64,000 nt of DNA, taken from NCBI GenBank assembly GCA_019745155.1, contig JAIETM010000010.1, positions 59,942 to 123,941 of the forward strand. Reading direction: 5' to 3'. Position numbers and translations under genes: made by a program. Below are positions 49,561-59,518 of this stretch, one piece after another (position 1 is the stretch's first letter; each line of letters starts with the position of its first letter). The DNA is from Chitinophagaceae bacterium (GTDB taxonomy: Bacteria > Bacteroidota > Bacteroidia > Chitinophagales > Chitinophagaceae). Below the pieces are notes generated by a model that searched no databases, was not told the origin of the DNA, and saw only the letters and a program-made list of their open reading frames with translations.

Positions 49561-50778
49561 ATGATAGAGATTAAAGTTCCAACCGTAGGTGAATCAATCA
49601 ATGAAGTAACCCTGTTGAAGTGGGTGAAGAAAGATGGGGAGTGGGTAGAGCGTGATGAAGTGATTGCAGAACTGGAAAGTGAAAAAGCCACTTTTGAAGT
49701 GAATGCTGAAAAAGCCGGTATTCTGAAGACCAATGGTCAGGAAGGAGATACATTGAATATTGGCGATTTACTCGCAAGTATTGATGAAACAGCCGAGCGT
49801 CCTGCTGCTGCAGCAGCACCTGCGCCGGAAGCCCCTAAAGCTGCTGCACCTGCTGCTAGTCAGGCTCCTGTAACAGCGGTAAGCAATGATATCAAAGCAA
49901 CACCTGTTGCTTCAGCGATAATCGCAGATAAGAAAGTAGATCCTTCTAGCATTACGCCTTCCGGTGTTGGTGGAAAGATCATGAAGCATGATGTATTGGA
50001 AGCTTTGAATAATCCAGGTAAAAAAGCTTTTGAAGGTCAGACACTCTTTAGCCGCAATGCGCGTAAAGAGAAGATGAGTAATCTGCGTAAGACCATTAGC
50101 CGCCGTCTGGTAGAAGCTAAGAATACGACTGCTATGCTCACCACATTTAATGAGGTGGACATGACACGTATCATGGAACTGCGCAAAGTGCATAAGGATA
50201 AATTCAAGGAAGCACATGGTGTGAACCTTGGTTTCATGAGTTTCTTTGCCAAAGCTTGTGCGATTGCATTGAACGAATGGCCTGCAGTGAATGCTTATAT
50301 CGATGGCGATTCATTGATTTATCATGATTATGCGGATATCAGCATCGCAGTTAGTACGCCAAGAGGTTTGACTGTCCCAGTGATTCGTAATGTAGAGAGC
50401 CTGAGCATGGCTGATATAGAGAAGAAAGTATTGGAACTGGCGGGTAAGGCAAGAGACAATAAATTGACAACTGAAGATTTAACCGGTGGTACATTCACCA
50501 TTACCAATGGTGGTGTGTTTGGTAGCTTGATGAGTACGCCAATCATCAATATTCCGCAGAGTGCTATTCTGGGTATGCACAAGATTCAGGAGCGTCCGAT
50601 GGCGGTGAATGGGAAGGTTGAGATTCGACCGATGATGTATCTGGCGTTGAGCTATGACCACCGCATCATTGATGGACGTGAAAGTGTAAGCTTCCTCGTT
50701 CGCGTAAAAGAATTACTGGAAAATCCTGAGCTCTTACTGGCAGGTAAGGATCCGGTGAAACTCTTGTTAGAACTCTAA
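49561..50778 (+). CDS. sucB: dihydrolipoyllysine-residue succinyltransferase (E2 of the 2-oxoglutarate dehydrogenase complex)
   Basis: Lipoyl domain [11 protein letters not shown], Ala/Pro linker and catalytic [10 protein letters not shown]. Confidence 0.95.
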   Translation: MIEIKVPTVGESINEVTLLKWVKKDGEWVERDEVIAELESEKATFEVNAEKAGILKTNGQEGDTLNIGDLLASIDETAERPAAAAAPAPEAPKAAAPAASQAPVTAVSNDIKATPVASAIIADKKVDPSSITPSGVGGKIMKHDVLEALNNPGKKAFEGQTLFSRNARKEKMSNLRKTISRRLVEAKNTTAMLTTFNEVDMTRIMELRKVHKDKFKEAHGVNLGFMSFFAKACAIALNEWPAVNAYIDGDSLIYHDYADISIAVSTPRGLTVPVIRNVESLSMADIEKKVLELAGKARDNKLTTEDLTGGTFTITNGGVFGSLMSTPIINIPQSAILGMHKIQERPMAVNGKVEIRPMMYLALSYDHRIIDGRESVSFLVRVKELLENPELLLAGKDPVKLLLEL

Positions 50779-50791
50779 TCCAAATGAATAT

Positions 50792-50815
50792 AGTCTCCTT
50801 CGGGAGACTTTTTTA
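50792..50815 (+). terminator. intrinsic terminator after sucB
   Basis: AGUCUCC-UUCG-GGAGACU hairpin followed by UUUUUU. Confidence 0.8.
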
Positions 50816-50832
50816 TTTGATACCTTGGCAGC

Positions 50833-51996
50833 ATGAAAGCAAGGCTGGATAGTTACATACAAATCGCTTTAGCGCTTATTGAGCGTTATGATGGAGCCAT
50901 GCCCTTATCCGCTTTTTTGAAACAATACTTTGCACAGCATAAAAAGCATGGCTCAAGAGATCGAAAGCTGATCAGCCATCTTGTGTACACTTATTATCGT
51001 TTGGGTAAATATGCTGCTACCAATCAACAGCAAAGACTGCTCATTGCTTTATTCTTGTGTGAGCCTGCAGATAGTCAATGGTCGGTATGCCTGCCCGAAG
51101 CCTGGCAGCAATTGATGCAAGCATCTCTAGGTGAGAAGTGCAGTTATCTACAAACACAAAACCTAACTATTACACCTGCAGCTATTTTTCCATGGATAGA
51201 TGCGTTATCTGAAGGAATAGAAAAGGAAGCATTTGTTTGGCAACACCTACAGCAGCCTGATTTGTTTTTACGTGTGCGTCCGGGTAGGATGAAGAAAGTA
51301 GTTGAAGCACTGAATACTAACACAATCGCATTTGAAGCCGATGGTAATTGTTTACGTGTGGCGAATGGTACCAAAATAGATCAGTTATTGACCATTAATA
51401 AAGATGTGGTGGTACAAGACAGGAGCTCTCAGCAGGTGGCGAATTTGTTCAGTTATTTTCAGGAAGCGGCTATCAAAAAAGTGTGGGATTGCTGTGCTGC
51501 CAGTGGGGGGAAGTCTATTTTATTAATGGATACTTTACCGGGCATACTGCTTTCCGTTTCTGATATACGCGCTTCGATTTTACACAATCTTCGTCAGCGT
51601 TTTGCAGAAGCAGGTATTGCGAAGTTTCAATCTTTTCTGGCAGACTTGTCGCAGCCCTTACCGGTAAAGCAGCAATATGATGCGATCATCTGTGATGTGC
51701 CTTGTAGTGGTAGTGGTACCTGGGGCAGAACACCAGAGCAACTCAGTTTTTTTAATACACAAGAAATTAGTCGCTATGCGCAACTACAAGCAACTATTGC
51801 GGGTAATGCTATCCCACATTTGAAGCAGGGGGGGTATTTACTCTATATTACTTGCTCTGTGTTTGCAGCGGAAAATGAAATGAATGTCATTAAGCTTGCA
51901 GAACAGCATTCCTTAAAATTAATAACACTCGAAGTGTTTACTGGCTATCAGTACAAAGCGGATACAATGTTTGCAGCTTTGCTACAAAAAGCTTAA
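50833..51996 (+). CDS. RsmB/NOP-family SAM-dependent RNA cytosine-C5 methyltransferase
   Basis: VWDCCAASGGKS (SAM site), DVPCSGSGTWGR and YITCS catalytic cysteine motifs. Confidence 0.85.
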   Translation: MKARLDSYIQIALALIERYDGAMPLSAFLKQYFAQHKKHGSRDRKLISHLVYTYYRLGKYAATNQQQRLLIALFLCEPADSQWSVCLPEAWQQLMQASLGEKCSYLQTQNLTITPAAIFPWIDALSEGIEKEAFVWQHLQQPDLFLRVRPGRMKKVVEALNTNTIAFEADGNCLRVANGTKIDQLLTINKDVVVQDRSSQQVANLFSYFQEAAIKKVWDCCAASGGKSILLMDTLPGILLSVSDIRASILHNLRQRFAEAGIAKFQSFLADLSQPLPVKQQYDAIICDVPCSGSGTWGRTPEQLSFFNTQEISRYAQLQATIAGNAIPHLKQGGYLLYITCSVFAAENEMNVIKLAEQHSLKLITLEVFTGYQYKADTMFAALLQKA

Positions 51997-52616
51997 GCGT
52001 TTAAATAATCCTGAAATAAATCAATGTATTGGCTTGCATGATAACCATCCATTAATGCATGGTGTGCATGTACCGACATGGGCATGGTGCGTTTGCCATT
52101 CTCTTCAGTCATTTTACCAAAAGAGATTTTGGGAATAGACTCTTTGAAGCTGAAGCTTCTCGCATGAGATAAGCTCGTGAACTTGATCCATGGAATAGAG
52201 GAATAGTGAATCACATTCTCATTCGAATTTGCTGGCACCAATCCAGTAGAAGCTTGCACACGTGCTACTTCTTTTGAAGCTGCTTCCAAAAATGTAGGAA
52301 AGTCTGGATGATAGTCGATATACGAAAAACCGAATGTGCCATCGGGGCGATTGATGGTGGGCGATGCATGTACAGTATCATATACAATCACTTGATCTCC
52401 GTCAATTCGATAACGAAAATGCTCCACTGCATTCGCAGCTTTCAATGATTGGTATAAATAATAGAGGAAAAAGGAAATGCCTTGCGCTTTTGCATTAGCG
52501 TATGCTTTGGTCACATCTACGTCAACAGTAATACCAAAGAATGGCTCATCGAATTGTTTGAAAAAAAAGAACTGGTCTTTCCGCTCCCAGCGTTCAAGGT
52601 CTAAGTAATGTTTCAT
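51993..52616 (-). CDS. chloramphenicol O-acetyltransferase (type A CAT) family protein
   Basis: 207 aa. W.RKDQFFFF N-terminus and the catalytic-His region SVHAHHALMDGYH (CAT HHAxxDGxH). Confidence 0.8.
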   Translation of the reverse strand: MKHYLDLERWERKDQFFFFKQFDEPFFGITVDVDVTKAYANAKAQGISFFLYYLYQSLKAANAVEHFRYRIDGDQVIVYDTVHASPTINRPDGTFGFSYIDYHPDFPTFLEAASKEVARVQASTGLVPANSNENVIHYSSIPWIKFTSLSHARSFSFKESIPKISFGKMTEENGKRTMPMSVHAHHALMDGYHASQYIDLFQDYLNA

Positions 52617-53305
52617 ATGCCCAGCAATGGAAGGATTTCAGTAATGGTGTTTACTTGATGAAAACGTGGGTTATCTATATCAACTTCTGCTGTTTCCAAT
52701 ACCCATGTTGTGTGATACGGTACATGAATGCCGTGTCCGCCTAAAGCCAATACCGGAAGTATATCAGATTTTACAGAGTTGCCAATCATCATGAATTCAC
52801 TTGCTTGTATATCAAGATGCTTGATTAGCTTTTTGTAATCTGATTCGGCTTTTTCAGACATAATCTCAATGTGATGGAAATAATGTTCTAGTCCTGATTT
52901 CATCAACTTTCTTTCCTGATCCAGTAAATCACCTTTGGTGGCAACCACCAATTTGTATTTGCCTTTCAAAGCTTGTAAAACAGTTTCTACACCATCTAGT
53001 AATTCAATCGGGCGATTGATCATTTCCTGACCAAGTTCGATGATGGTTTCAATCGTATCAAGAGAAATCTTCTTTTCGGAAACTTCCAAAGCTGTCTCAA
53101 TCATTGATAGCATAAAACCCTTGATGCCATAGCCATATAAAGGCAAGTTTTTGATCTCGTTTTTCAGCAAAGCTTTTTCTACGCTGTAGTGGGGTAGAAA
53201 ATTCTCTAACAAGCCGGCAAACTTTTCTTCTGTTTCGCGGAAATAAGGTTCGTTTACCCAAAGCGTATCGTCTGCGTCAAATGCAATGACTTTGATATGA
53301 TGCAT
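52613..53305 (-). CDS. HAD-superfamily hydrolase
   Basis: IAFDADDTLW (DxDxT nucleophile motif), VATKGD and IGNSVKSD. Confidence 0.85.
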   Translation of the reverse strand: MHHIKVIAFDADDTLWVNEPYFRETEEKFAGLLENFLPHYSVEKALLKNEIKNLPLYGYGIKGFMLSMIETALEVSEKKISLDTIETIIELGQEMINRPIELLDGVETVLQALKGKYKLVVATKGDLLDQERKLMKSGLEHYFHHIEIMSEKAESDYKKLIKHLDIQASEFMMIGNSVKSDILPVLALGGHGIHVPYHTTWVLETAEVDIDNPRFHQVNTITEILPLLGI

Positions 53306-53329
53306 ATATCAAATGTAGGAAAAGCCTGA

Positions 53330-54445
53330 TTAGGATTGCTTGAGGCTGCCGTATTGAATCACGCCGCCACCAATCACATCATCTCCATCATAGAATACAG
53401 CACTTTGGCCAGGTGCAATGCTTTTCACATTCTCGTAGAAACGAACACGAACGCCATTATTATCAGCGTACAGGTTGCTTAATGCACCATTGTCTTTATA
53501 GCGAATTTTTGTAATCGCTTCCATGCCATCTGTGATGCCATTGTACTTAATCCAGTTAATCTTGGTTACCAGCATTTCATTCTGTGCCAGATCTTCTTCA
53601 TCACCTAGTACAACCGTATTTGTATCCGGGTTGATGGCTGTTACATATGCCGGCTTACCCAATGCAATATCCAATCCCTTACGCTGGCCAATGGTATAGA
53701 AAGGGTAGCCCTTATGCTGACCTAATTTCTTACCTGTTTTATCTACAAACCAACCACCAGCTACTTGTTCTTCTAAACCATCTACGCGTCTTTTCAAAAA
53801 GCCGCGATAGTCATTATCAGGCACAAAGCAGATTTCATAACTCTCGCTTTTTTTGGCTAATTCAGGATAGCCCATATCGAGTGCCATCTGGCGTATCTGC
53901 GTTTTGTGGTATTTGCCCAAAGGCATGATGGTTCTACTCAGTAAATCTTGTTGCAAGCCCCATAACACATAGCTCTGGTCCTTGGTAGCATCCAATCCTT
54001 TGCTAATGTAAAACCGACCATTATCATGCTGTGCAACGGAAGCGTAATGTCCAGTAGCAATAAAATCACAACCCAAAGCATCGGCACGTTTCAGCAATGC
54101 GCGCCACTTGATATGCGTGTTGCACATCACACATGGGTTGGGTGTTCTTCCCGCCAGGTATTCATCCACAAAATTCTCAATCACAAAATCACCAAACTCT
54201 TCACGGATGTCTAAAATGAAATGCGGAAAGCCATGTTGTACTGCTGCCATGCGTGCATCGTTGAAACTATCCACGTTACAACAGCCAGTTTCTTTCTTGC
54301 TGGTTCCGCCACCACTGGTAGCATAATCCCATGTTTTCATGGTGATGCCCACCACCTCATAACCTTCATGATGTAACATGAGTGCCGTAACGGTACTATC
54401 AATACCGCCACTCATCGCTACCAGCACTTTTCCTTTACGGCTCAT
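53330..54445 (-). CDS. mnmA: tRNA 2-thiouridine(34) synthase
   Basis: VLVAMSGGIDSTV PP-loop, NPCVMCN and ATGHYA. Start at MSRKGKV. Confidence 0.94.
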   Translation of the reverse strand: MSRKGKVLVAMSGGIDSTVTALMLHHEGYEVVGITMKTWDYATSGGGTSKKETGCCNVDSFNDARMAAVQHGFPHFILDIREEFGDFVIENFVDEYLAGRTPNPCVMCNTHIKWRALLKRADALGCDFIATGHYASVAQHDNGRFYISKGLDATKDQSYVLWGLQQDLLSRTIMPLGKYHKTQIRQMALDMGYPELAKKSESYEICFVPDNDYRGFLKRRVDGLEEQVAGGWFVDKTGKKLGQHKGYPFYTIGQRKGLDIALGKPAYVTAINPDTNTVVLGDEEDLAQNEMLVTKINWIKYNGITDGMEAITKIRYKDNGALSNLYADNNGVRVRFYENVKSIAPGQSAVFYDGDDVIGGGVIQYGSLKQS

Positions 54446-54540
54446 GTTGAATGAATTTCGGGCAAAATTAGCACAAGGGCGGGGAATTCCGTTTTCAGCC
54501 AAATGGCACAAAGTGCCGAAAATCTTACGAAAAGCGAAAT

Positions 54541-54981
54541 TTAGACGTCTACAGCCACCAATTTGAAGGTATTACTCCAGCCATCGTACACAAAACTGCA
54601 GAAGCGCAAAACATCTCTGCCAATGATGCCATCATAAGGTGAATTGGCATAATTGCCCTCAACTACATCAATAGGTAATGCTTTATCCTGAAAGATGGGA
54701 ATGTATAAAATGGTGCGATAAATCTTCAATGCGTGGAGTCCGCCAACACCATCTACTGTGGCGTCATCCTTATAGGGACTGAGTTTCAGCTGACGAATAA
54801 AATGTTGGTCAAGGCCAGAAACATTTGAGCCGGTATCAATCAACAACTTCACTTTACAGTAAGTATTGATCGCATTGAAGTTTTTCGTACTCAGAAAAGA
54901 GTCCTCATCTGTATGCACTTCTGCTTCAACGATAGGACCGTGATCCTGTAAAGTGGGTATGGTTAATTGTAATCCGTGCAT
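54541..54981 (-). CDS. retropepsin-like (clan AA) aspartic protease, single domain
   Basis: 146 aa with LLIDTGSNVSGL (the D-T-G catalytic motif) and a distal IIGRDVL. No signal peptide or TM helix is visible. Confidence 0.65.
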   Translation of the reverse strand: MHGLQLTIPTLQDHGPIVEAEVHTDEDSFLSTKNFNAINTYCKVKLLIDTGSNVSGLDQHFIRQLKLSPYKDDATVDGVGGLHALKIYRTILYIPIFQDKALPIDVVEGNYANSPYDGIIGRDVLRFCSFVYDGWSNTFKLVAVDV

Positions 54982-55162
54982 ATATCTAATTTACGGAGAG
55001 ATATTCATAACTCATTGATTTTTAATTGTTCATGTAATTGATTGGAATATCTCAACAAAATCCACAGGCTGATTTATTCAATTCTTGGTTCAATGATGAA
55101 TTTTCTTAATTTCCATCTCCTTATTATTGACAACTATTTACAGTATTAAAAAAGATGTACGT

Positions 55163-55633
55163 ATGATCAAATTACAAGTGATTGGCAACCTCGGAAAAGA
55201 CGCCATAGTCAACAATGTAAACGGCAAAAATGTGATCAATTTCAATGTGGCACATACAGAGCGATACAGAGATGCACAAGGCAATCAAAAAGATAGAACA
55301 ACCTGGGTGGAATGTGCTTATTGGACAGAGCGCACAGGTATTGCGCCATACCTGAAGAAAGGTACTCAAGTATATCTGGAAGGAACACCTGATGTGCGTA
55401 CCTATACAACACAGGATGGACGTAATGGTGCTTCACTAACAGTGCGTATTTCAAACATACAATTGTTAGGTAGCAGATCTGGTGGTGAGAATAGCGGCGG
55501 TGGTTACAATGCAGGTTCAGGTGGCTACAGCAATAACAATAATTATAACAGCGTCAATAGTAATACGTATGCTGCAGCCCCTTCGCCTGCAGCATCTGAT
55601 ATTACAGAGCCTTTGGACGATCTTCCATTCTAA
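55163..55633 (+). CDS. ssb: single-stranded DNA-binding protein
   Basis: OB-fold N-terminus (VIGNLGKDA...W), a Gly/Asn/Ser-rich linker and an acidic tail DDLPF. Start at MIKLQVIG. Confidence 0.92.
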   Translation: MIKLQVIGNLGKDAIVNNVNGKNVINFNVAHTERYRDAQGNQKDRTTWVECAYWTERTGIAPYLKKGTQVYLEGTPDVRTYTTQDGRNGASLTVRISNIQLLGSRSGGENSGGGYNAGSGGYSNNNNYNSVNSNTYAAAPSPAASDITEPLDDLPF

Positions 55634-55652
55634 GCAATGGTTAGTAAGCAAG

Positions 55653-55676
55653 GTCCCGCACATGCGGGACTTTTTT
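55653..55676 (+). terminator. intrinsic terminator after ssb
   Basis: GUCCCGC-ACAU-GCGGGAC hairpin followed by UUUUUU. Confidence 0.8.
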
Positions 55677-55708
55677 ATTTTACCTTCGGCAGCAATATTT
55701 ATTGACAG

Positions 55709-56794
55709 ATGAAGACACAGGAAGTGATGCGGTCTTATGCGCAACTCAAAGATTTTTCGCAAGCGATATTTAAATCTATAGGATGCAATGAGGCAGATGC
55801 ATTGCTTGCAGCAGATGCCTTGGTTGCCGCTGATTTGCGGGGTATTGATAGTCACGGCGTAGCCAGATTAAGTGGTTATGTGCGTTTGTGGGAGAGAAAG
55901 CGAATTAATCCAACGCCTGATATACGCATCATCCATGAAACGCCTTCAACGGCTGTTGTGGATGGTGATGCTGGATTGGGATTAGTTGTTGCACCCAAAG
56001 CCATGCAAATTGCTATTGATAAAGCAAAGCAAGTAGGCACAGGTTGGGTGAGTGTGCAAAACAGCAATCATTTTGGCATTGCGGGTTATCACGCCATGTT
56101 GGCTTTGGCGCAGGATATGATTGGTATGGCCATGACCAATGCCAGCGCATTGGTAGCACCTACTTTTTCTACAGAGCGTATGTTGGGCACTAACCCAATT
56201 GCTGTTGCAATTCCTGCTGGTGAGCAACCAGCTTTTGTGGCAGATTTTGCTACAACTACAGCAGCAAATGGTAAGCTAGAAATTTTACAACGTAAAAATG
56301 CAGAAGCACCTCTTGGCTGGGTGCAGAATCAAGATGGAGAACCAAGTACTGATGCCAATATTTTAAAACAGCAAGGGGCTTTATTGCCATTGGGATCAGA
56401 TCGTGAACATGGTAGTCATAAAGGTTATGCATTGGGCAGCATCGTAGATATTTTCTCAGCCGTACTAAGCGGCGCCAGCTATGGGCCTTGGGCACCGCCT
56501 TTCCCTGCTTATGTGCCTATGCCGGAAAATATGCCGGGTAAGGGCTTGGGCCATTTCTTTGGCGCCATGCGTATTGATGCATTTAGGCCTGCAGAGGATT
56601 TTAAGCAGCATATGGATAATTGGATACAGCGTTTTCGCAATGCCAAGCCTGTTGCTGGACAAGCGCGTGTATTGGTACCAGGCGATCCTGAACGGGAGAT
56701 AGCCGCACAAAGAATGGAAGCTGGGATACCGCTAGTAGAATCTGTGGCCAAAGATTTGACTGAATTAGGACAAAAATTCGGTATCGACTTTTAA
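55709..56794 (+). CDS. Ldh-family (malate/L-lactate dehydrogenase type 2) oxidoreductase
   Basis: GIDSHGV, NSNHFG, TNPIA and HKGYAL motifs. Confidence 0.85.
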   Translation: MKTQEVMRSYAQLKDFSQAIFKSIGCNEADALLAADALVAADLRGIDSHGVARLSGYVRLWERKRINPTPDIRIIHETPSTAVVDGDAGLGLVVAPKAMQIAIDKAKQVGTGWVSVQNSNHFGIAGYHAMLALAQDMIGMAMTNASALVAPTFSTERMLGTNPIAVAIPAGEQPAFVADFATTTAANGKLEILQRKNAEAPLGWVQNQDGEPSTDANILKQQGALLPLGSDREHGSHKGYALGSIVDIFSAVLSGASYGPWAPPFPAYVPMPENMPGKGLGHFFGAMRIDAFRPAEDFKQHMDNWIQRFRNAKPVAGQARVLVPGDPEREIAAQRMEAGIPLVESVAKDLTELGQKFGIDF

Positions 56795-56833
56795 CTTCGC
56801 TGCCGCTTGCCATTCACCATTTAAACGGAACGT

Positions 56834-58153
56834 ATGAAAATCATGAAGTTTGGCGGTACCAGTGTTGGTAAGCCGGAAAGAATGCATCAGGTAGCATCTT
56901 TGATTACTAGAGATGCAGCACCCAAGATTGTTGTGTTGAGTGCACTGAGTGGCACAACCAATGCTTTGGTGGATATCAGCAATAGTTTAAGCAATAGTGA
57001 TCGTGCTGCTGCCAAACAAAAGATTGATGCGTTAGAAGCACATTACAGAAACTTTATTCCATCGCTGGTTCAGCAGGAAGCGATGCGTGCGAAGGCAAAT
57101 ACCATCATTAGTGAGCACTTCGAATTTCTGAATATCATCCTCAAAATTTCTTTCAGCGAAGCGCTGAACAAAGATATTCTCGCGCAAGGTGAATTGATGA
57201 GCACCAAACTCTTCAGTGTATACTTAGAAGAGATTGGCGTGGAGCATGTATTGTTACCTGCTCTAGAGTTCATGAGCATCGATCAGTATGAAGAGCCACA
57301 ACTACAGCAAATCAGGTTGAAGTTAACTGAATTGCTGAAGCAGCATAGTCATGTTAAAATGTTCATCACGCAAGGATATATCTGTCGCAATGCCCGTGGT
57401 GAAGTGGATAATCTAAAGCGTGGTGGTAGTGATTATACTGCATCACTTGTTGCTGCAGCAGTAAATGCTGATGTATGTGAAATCTGGACAGATATTGATG
57501 GTATGCACAACAACGATCCACGTATCGTTGATAAGACCGTACCTGTTGAACAATTGAGTTTCGATGAAGCTGCTGAGTTAGCTTATTTTGGTGCGAAGAT
57601 TTTGCACCCAACTTGTATCTGGCCTGCACAACAGGAGAATGTACCAGTGAAACTACTAAACACCATGCAACCGGATGCTGCCGGAACAGTGATTAGAAAA
57701 GAAGCGGGTAGTGTGGGTGTGAAAGCGGTTGCTGCAAAAGATGGTATTATCGCCATCAATATTAAGAGTAGTCGCATGTTATTGGCTTACGGCTTTATGC
57801 GTAAGATTTTTGAAGTATTTGAAAAGTATAAGACATCTGTAGATATGGTAACTACTTCAGAAGTGGCAGTGTCTGTTACCATCGATCACGATGAGCATTT
57901 AGATGCCATCATTCGTGAGTTGGAGCCATTCGGTGGCGTAGAAGTGGATAGAAACCAAACCATTATTTCTATTGTAGGTAATGAAATTGCTGAAACCAGA
58001 GAAGTGCTGACCAAGCTCTTCGATGCCATCCATGCTATTCCTGTTCGTATGGTGAGCTATGGCGGTAGTAAGCACAATGTATCTATTCTAGTACCTGCAG
58101 CCAATAAGCAAGAAACGCTTCAGTTACTGAATAAAGGGCTATTTGGCTTATAG
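56834..58153 (+). CDS. lysC: aspartate kinase
   Basis: KFGGTSV N-terminus, RGGSDYTA, and two ACT-like C-terminal domains. An alternative start ATG lies at 56843. Confidence 0.93.
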   Translation: MKIMKFGGTSVGKPERMHQVASLITRDAAPKIVVLSALSGTTNALVDISNSLSNSDRAAAKQKIDALEAHYRNFIPSLVQQEAMRAKANTIISEHFEFLNIILKISFSEALNKDILAQGELMSTKLFSVYLEEIGVEHVLLPALEFMSIDQYEEPQLQQIRLKLTELLKQHSHVKMFITQGYICRNARGEVDNLKRGGSDYTASLVAAAVNADVCEIWTDIDGMHNNDPRIVDKTVPVEQLSFDEAAELAYFGAKILHPTCIWPAQQENVPVKLLNTMQPDAAGTVIRKEAGSVGVKAVAAKDGIIAINIKSSRMLLAYGFMRKIFEVFEKYKTSVDMVTTSEVAVSVTIDHDEHLDAIIRELEPFGGVEVDRNQTIISIVGNEIAETREVLTKLFDAIHAIPVRMVSYGGSKHNVSILVPAANKQETLQLLNKGLFGL

Positions 58154-58175
58154 TCAGGATAACAATCAGTTTTAT

Positions 58176-58205
58176 AGCCGGTACCATTAGTGCCGGCTTT
58201 TTTTT
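58176..58205 (+). terminator. intrinsic terminator after lysC
   Basis: AGCCGGUA-CCAUUAG-UGCCGGCU hairpin followed by U8. Confidence 0.75.
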
Positions 58206-58261
58206 AACCATAATTAACCCTATTTATCGCCAATGCTGCATGGTTTTTGCAAGATTTGTAT

Positions 58262-59503
58262 ATGCGAATTATCATCAGCTTTTTGCTGTTACTGATGAGT
58301 GCACTCGTGAATGCACAAACTTTACGTGGAATTGTATTGAGTGCAGATAATCGTCAGCCTGTTCCAGCTGCATCTGTGTTTCTAAGTAATACGGGTGTAG
58401 GTACTATTACAAGAGATGATGGAAGATTCGAGTTAAACCGTTTTCCTTCTGGCAGATACGAATTGGTTGTAACCAGTCTTGGTTATGAAACTTATAGTGT
58501 TGTTGTTCAATCTGCATCATTGCCAGAACAACTGCAAATACTGCTCAAACCTAAAGCTAGAGAATTACAGGAAGTTGTGGTAGAGCCTTATGAGAAAAAC
58601 GGCTGGGAAAAATGGGGTAAATTTTTTCTCGAAAATTTTATCGGCATCTCAGCTTATGCAAATGAAGTTCGATTAAAAAATCCGGGAGTAATTCGATTCA
58701 GACATAACAAGAAAACCAATACCCTTAATGCTTATGCTGATGAAGCCTTGGTGATTGAAAACAATGCACTTGGTTATGTACTGCGTTATCAACTAGAACA
58801 ATTTGAATATCGGTTCTCTGCAAATATGTTATTGTTTCAAGGCTTTCCTTTTTTTGAAGAAATGGTTTCCAGAAGATCAGGTAAAATGAAGCGTTGGCAA
58901 TCGAATCGAGAAAATGTATATGAAGGTTCCCTCATGCATTTTTATCGCTCTTTGTTTCGGAATAAGCTTGTGGAGGAAGGATTTGAATTGCGTAGATCAG
59001 TAGATGTGGTGAATCAGGAGAAAGCCCGCATCAAAGAAAAAATGCGTGCACAGATGAAAGGGGCAGTGCAACAAGGCAACAAAGTTGTTTTTTCGGGAGG
59101 CACACTTGGTGTAACAGCGGATTCGGCTACCTATCAGAATCGAGTAATGCGACAGCCTGATAAGATGGAAGTTTTATATAAACCCATTATTCCTGCTGAT
59201 AGTATTGCATATGCTATTGATAGTGTAACAGTAGGACTCTATTTCAAAGATTACTTGCATGTAACTTATCCGAAAAAGAAAGAGCCTGAGGAAATTGCGA
59301 AAGCGCTCGGTAAACAGGAAGCTGGAGATGCACTAGTATCCAAGCTTCAGCTATTGAACAATAAAGAAATTGCTGTTTTAGCTAATGGTTCCTTCTTTGA
59401 GCCTACGGATATTATTGCACATGGTTATTGGGCTTATTGGGAGCGAATGGCCACCATGCTGCCATTAGATTACAAACCTATTCGCAATAACAAAGCCCCT
59501 TAA
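58262..59503 (+). CDS. carboxypeptidase-regulatory-like domain protein (secreted)
   Basis: Signal peptide followed by LRGIVLSADNRQPVPAASVFLSNTGVGTITRDDGRFEL, a CarboxypepD_reg fold pattern. Start at MRIIISF. Confidence 0.65.
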   Translation: MRIIISFLLLLMSALVNAQTLRGIVLSADNRQPVPAASVFLSNTGVGTITRDDGRFELNRFPSGRYELVVTSLGYETYSVVVQSASLPEQLQILLKPKARELQEVVVEPYEKNGWEKWGKFFLENFIGISAYANEVRLKNPGVIRFRHNKKTNTLNAYADEALVIENNALGYVLRYQLEQFEYRFSANMLLFQGFPFFEEMVSRRSGKMKRWQSNRENVYEGSLMHFYRSLFRNKLVEEGFELRRSVDVVNQEKARIKEKMRAQMKGAVQQGNKVVFSGGTLGVTADSATYQNRVMRQPDKMEVLYKPIIPADSIAYAIDSVTVGLYFKDYLHVTYPKKKEPEEIAKALGKQEAGDALVSKLQLLNNKEIAVLANGSFFEPTDIIAHGYWAYWERMATMLPLDYKPIRNNKAP

Positions 59504-59518
59504 CGGGGCTTTGTATTG

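Noticed and set aside
56795-56833. Possible lysine riboswitch upstream of aspartate kinase (lysC).
   Set aside because: The gap is only 39 nt, far too short for an L-box, and it contains no conserved L-box elements.
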